From the IMG/VR virus record IMGVR_UViG_3300045988_151219, positions 64,001 to 128,000 of that record: DNA of 64,000 nucleotides. One strand, written 5' to 3'. The DNA is from a virus. Of this stretch, positions 61,891-64,000 are shown in pieces. A model generated the notes under the pieces. That model was not told the DNA's origin. It saw only the letters and a program-made list of their open reading frames with translations, and searched no databases. How positions within the stretch are numbered: the first letter of the stretch is position 1; each line of letters opens with the position of its first letter. A program made the position numbers and the translations under genes.

Positions 61891-61919
61891 ATTATAAAAG
61901 AAGTTGTAAAATATGTCAA
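61891..61919 (-). promoter_or_regulatory. Consensus sigma-70-type promoter, copy f
   Basis: Minus strand reads cTTGACAtattttacaacttctttTATAATa, with a 17-nt spacer. The -35 overlaps the stop codon of the ThyX-like gene. Confidence 0.75.
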
Positions 61920-62530
61920 GCTTTTTCTTCAACTTTTTTATGATGGTCTTCATATATTAAATCATAAAATTTTGGGAAGTTTTTAAGGTATTCACAAAAG
62001 GCTCTCCATTCAGGAAGCTTATGATTTTTCCGCTGATTGTATATTGTTTTCAGCTGACGATAATTAGTCGTCATGCGTGCTGTGTATGAGAATCCTGTCG
62101 GAATATTATAAAGTAATTTAAGCATTTTTTCTTCGGACGGATTCTCTGCATATTCTTTCTGTAATTTCTTTAATAAATTTTTTGCCTCTTCTGTAACGTA
62201 ACTGTTACAGTTTTCATCTATCTTCAAAGCGTTTATTTTGTGTATAGTCGATTGTGAAGTAACAAAATCAATAAAATGATACCGTTGTAATTCTACCCAC
62301 ATCTTGATTGAACAGTGTAAATCAAACTGTGCAATAATTCCGTTGAGGTAATTATCTTCTCCCGAATTAGGTGCTTGGTGTGCTAATACTCTGGCTCTCT
62401 TAATATCGGAATCTTTAGGCGTATCCAAATCTCTATTAACTTCTTCCGCCATAGAATATCCGGAAGCTACAATAGATTCACTAAGTCCAAAGACTCTTAA
62501 ATTAGATATGATATTTTCAAATTCTTTCAT
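61916..62530 (-). CDS. ThyX-fold protein with a divergent signature motif
   Basis: GEDNYLNGIIAQFDLHCSIKMWVELQRYHFIDFVTSQSTIH aligns by eye with ThyX ...FEH..F.F.v...i.v.rq..RHR..S.ne.S.RY. MTTNYRQLKTIYNQR aligns with t.N.R.l..f..lR. The RHRxxS block reads RYHFID here. Confidence 0.5.
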   Translation of the reverse strand: MKEFENIISNLRVFGLSESIVASGYSMAEEVNRDLDTPKDSDIKRARVLAHQAPNSGEDNYLNGIIAQFDLHCSIKMWVELQRYHFIDFVTSQSTIHKINALKIDENCNSYVTEEAKNLLKKLQKEYAENPSEEKMLKLLYNIPTGFSYTARMTTNYRQLKTIYNQRKNHKLPEWRAFCEYLKNFPKFYDLIYEDHHKKVEEKA

Positions 62531-62541
62531 TTCTTTCTCCT

Positions 62542-63960
62542 TTAAAAGTTTAATCCTAAATCAAAATCATCTGACCCCACTAAATCAGAAAGCTCATCAG
62601 ACGACATCATGATTTTCTGGTCTGCATCTTCGCTTCCTACATTATACATTTCTGGGTCAAATTTAATTGCAACAGGGTCTACGATAACAGGACCGTATCT
62701 ATTTTTCAGCAGACACATATTAGCTTCTTTAGCTAATTTTAAATTCTCGTCTGTGTATATAGACAAGACTACTATAGACGATTTCTCAAGCTCGTTAGCT
62801 TCAGCTATTGCTCGTAAATCATACGCTCCCTGGTTTTTAACCGCTCTTGCCCAGCCTTCACGGTTAGCCTGCGCTGCTACCATGACATGTATCTTTCTAT
62901 ACTCTCCTGTGGTTTTATCTTTCCTGAAATTTAACGCTAATTTTCTAAAGTAAGAAACATACTCATTAATGACAGCATATTCATTCTGGTTCTTTGAAAC
63001 CGCTCCGAATTTAAAGAGATTAATATAATCAACAAAAACTCCGTCTATACCTTTACCTGTCTCTTTTATAAATTCATCATCTACGTCTTCCAGCTTGGTT
63101 CTGACTTCCGCTTTAGACATTGTAGCAAAATCAGTCTCATCCAGTATCTTTATTTTTCCGCCTGTCTCATAAAAGTCCGGCAAAATAGTTTCTGTAAAAT
63201 ACTCTGTCTCTTTTTCATTCAGTTTACACTGTCTGATTTTTTGATGTGGTAATCCAACATATTCCGTAAATTTTGACTCATTGGAATGTCTTGAAAGCAG
63301 CTGTATAAGCACATCTTCTTTTGAGACTTCCAATGATATTATTACTACATTATAGTTTTCTTTCTTGGCATTATTATAAGCACAGTTTAACATGTAAGTT
63401 GATTTACCGTTTGCTACGAAACCAAATACAGTTGAAATACCGCCCATAGGCAGTCCACCGATAGCCTCATCTATTTCCGGTATGAATGACAACAAACCAA
63501 TAGGTTTGTTTTTCTTCGCCTTATAATATTCTAAAAAAGCTTCTGGTGTGTCTGTAGTAGATTTCTCGACTTTCCCCTGGTCTACTTTAATATCAGCTAA
63601 TCTGTCTTGAAGCTCCGGCGTAAATCCTTTCGCTTTGACTTCCCCTGCCACCTGCATTAAGGTCTTGGAAATGTCTTGGTTTATTCTCTGTCTTAACAGT
63701 AGCTTATATCTTATCTTTAAATCTTCTTCTGATAAGACTTTCGCTTTGCTAAGAGGTACTTCATATTCCGGATGTTCATTTAAGAAATAGCTTTCTGTAG
63801 GCAGCTTGCCTAATTCTTTTAAGTTATCCCTGAACTCTTCAAACAGCTGTGTTTCCTGTGATGAAAAATAATTCTGGTTTTCCGGTGATAATACCTGGTT
63901 AATGATTAAAGCTGTCTCGTCTCCTGATGTATTCAGTATAGACTTAATTATAGTCTCCAC
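62542..63960 (-). CDS. DnaB-family replicative helicase
   Basis: GFVANGKSTYMLNCAY (Walker A), GVFVDYINLF (Walker B), VAAQANREG (arginine-finger region). GTG start with an AGAGGAA RBS. Confidence 0.8.
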   Translation of the reverse strand: METIIKSILNTSGDETALIINQVLSPENQNYFSSQETQLFEEFRDNLKELGKLPTESYFLNEHPEYEVPLSKAKVLSEEDLKIRYKLLLRQRINQDISKTLMQVAGEVKAKGFTPELQDRLADIKVDQGKVEKSTTDTPEAFLEYYKAKKNKPIGLLSFIPEIDEAIGGLPMGGISTVFGFVANGKSTYMLNCAYNNAKKENYNVVIISLEVSKEDVLIQLLSRHSNESKFTEYVGLPHQKIRQCKLNEKETEYFTETILPDFYETGGKIKILDETDFATMSKAEVRTKLEDVDDEFIKETGKGIDGVFVDYINLFKFGAVSKNQNEYAVINEYVSYFRKLALNFRKDKTTGEYRKIHVMVAAQANREGWARAVKNQGAYDLRAIAEANELEKSSIVVLSIYTDENLKLAKEANMCLLKNRYGPVIVDPVAIKFDPEMYNVGSEDADQKIMMSSDELSDLVGSDDFDLGLNF

Positions 63961-64000
63961 TTATATTTCCTCTATTTCCATTCTTTTTTGTCCTAAAGTA

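Noticed and set aside
619-62953. All + strand ORFs in the supplied track (for example 619..936, 1511..1831, 6602..6955, 17389..17733, 18571..18975, 22677..23129, 29322..29735, 51043..51510, 62609..62953).
   Set aside because: Each lies entirely inside a longer minus-strand gene with recognisable motifs or tight operon packing. Their translations are low-complexity Ser/Leu/Phe-rich strings, typical of antisense shadows of Lys/Glu-rich AT-rich genes. None has a convincing RBS.
1-64000. Genome-wide stop-codon reassignment (TAG or TGA read as sense), suggested by the in-frame TAG/TGA cases.
   Set aside because: Long conserved genes (terL, polymerases, ligase, metK, radical SAM) are intact under the standard code. 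TAG and TGA both terminate genes that are immediately followed by an RBS and start codon of the next gene (for example TAG at 11175, 11755 and 14634; TGA at 5902). No suppressor tRNA is present in the window.
1-64000. CRISPR arrays, integrase or repressor lysogeny modules, transposases, rRNA genes.
   Set aside because: I saw no regularly spaced direct repeats and no integrase or transposase motifs in any ORF. Whether this is a virulent phage or a prophage cannot be decided from this window.
63962-64000. The 3' end of another minus-strand gene at the right edge.
   Set aside because: Two frames are open over only 39 nt, which is too little sequence to call a feature.

Overview
This window looks like a 64-kb segment of a large tailed-phage (or prophage) genome. 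It is visibly AT-rich (not computed). Essentially every credible gene lies on the minus strand, and the + strand ORFs in the track look like shadow ORFs.

Gene order in the direction of transcription (right to left):
- Replication: DnaB-like helicase, ThyX-like protein, primase zinc-finger protein, two family-A DNA polymerases, ATP-dependent ligase.
- Accessory island: QueC-like PP-loop enzyme, secreted 3D-domain protein, several paralog families, a YadA-like trimeric autotransporter adhesin, and three tRNAs with flanking structured non-coding RNA candidates.
- Nucleotide and SAM metabolism: dUTPase, UDG-like protein, three tandem paralogs, MetK, endonuclease IV.
- Recombination: HU-like protein, RuvC-like, RecA-like, HD hydrolase, Dcm methylase, split Rad50 plus Mre11, sliding-clamp-like protein.
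- A giant radical SAM protein, a Toprim protein, a clamp loader, a sigma-like factor and two adenine methylases.
- Packaging: a 1116-aa repeat protein, large terminase, portal (truncated at the left edge).

Most notable observations:
- Five inteins, whose codon boundaries I checked by hand: three in terL, one in the clamp-loader P-loop, one inside the Fe-S cysteine motif of the radical SAM protein.
- A phage metK preceded by a leader containing a perfect 10-nt anti-Shine-Dalgarno sequence.
- Six near-identical consensus TTGACA-17-TATAAT promoters with a conserved spacer, plus a second recurrent motif, GTATAATAT.
- Two structured RNA candidates in the tRNA cluster.
- Three otherwise intact genes that each contain a single in-frame stop codon.
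- A Rad50 homologue split at its zinc hook.

All protein family calls rest on motif recognition by eye. No database search or computation was possible.
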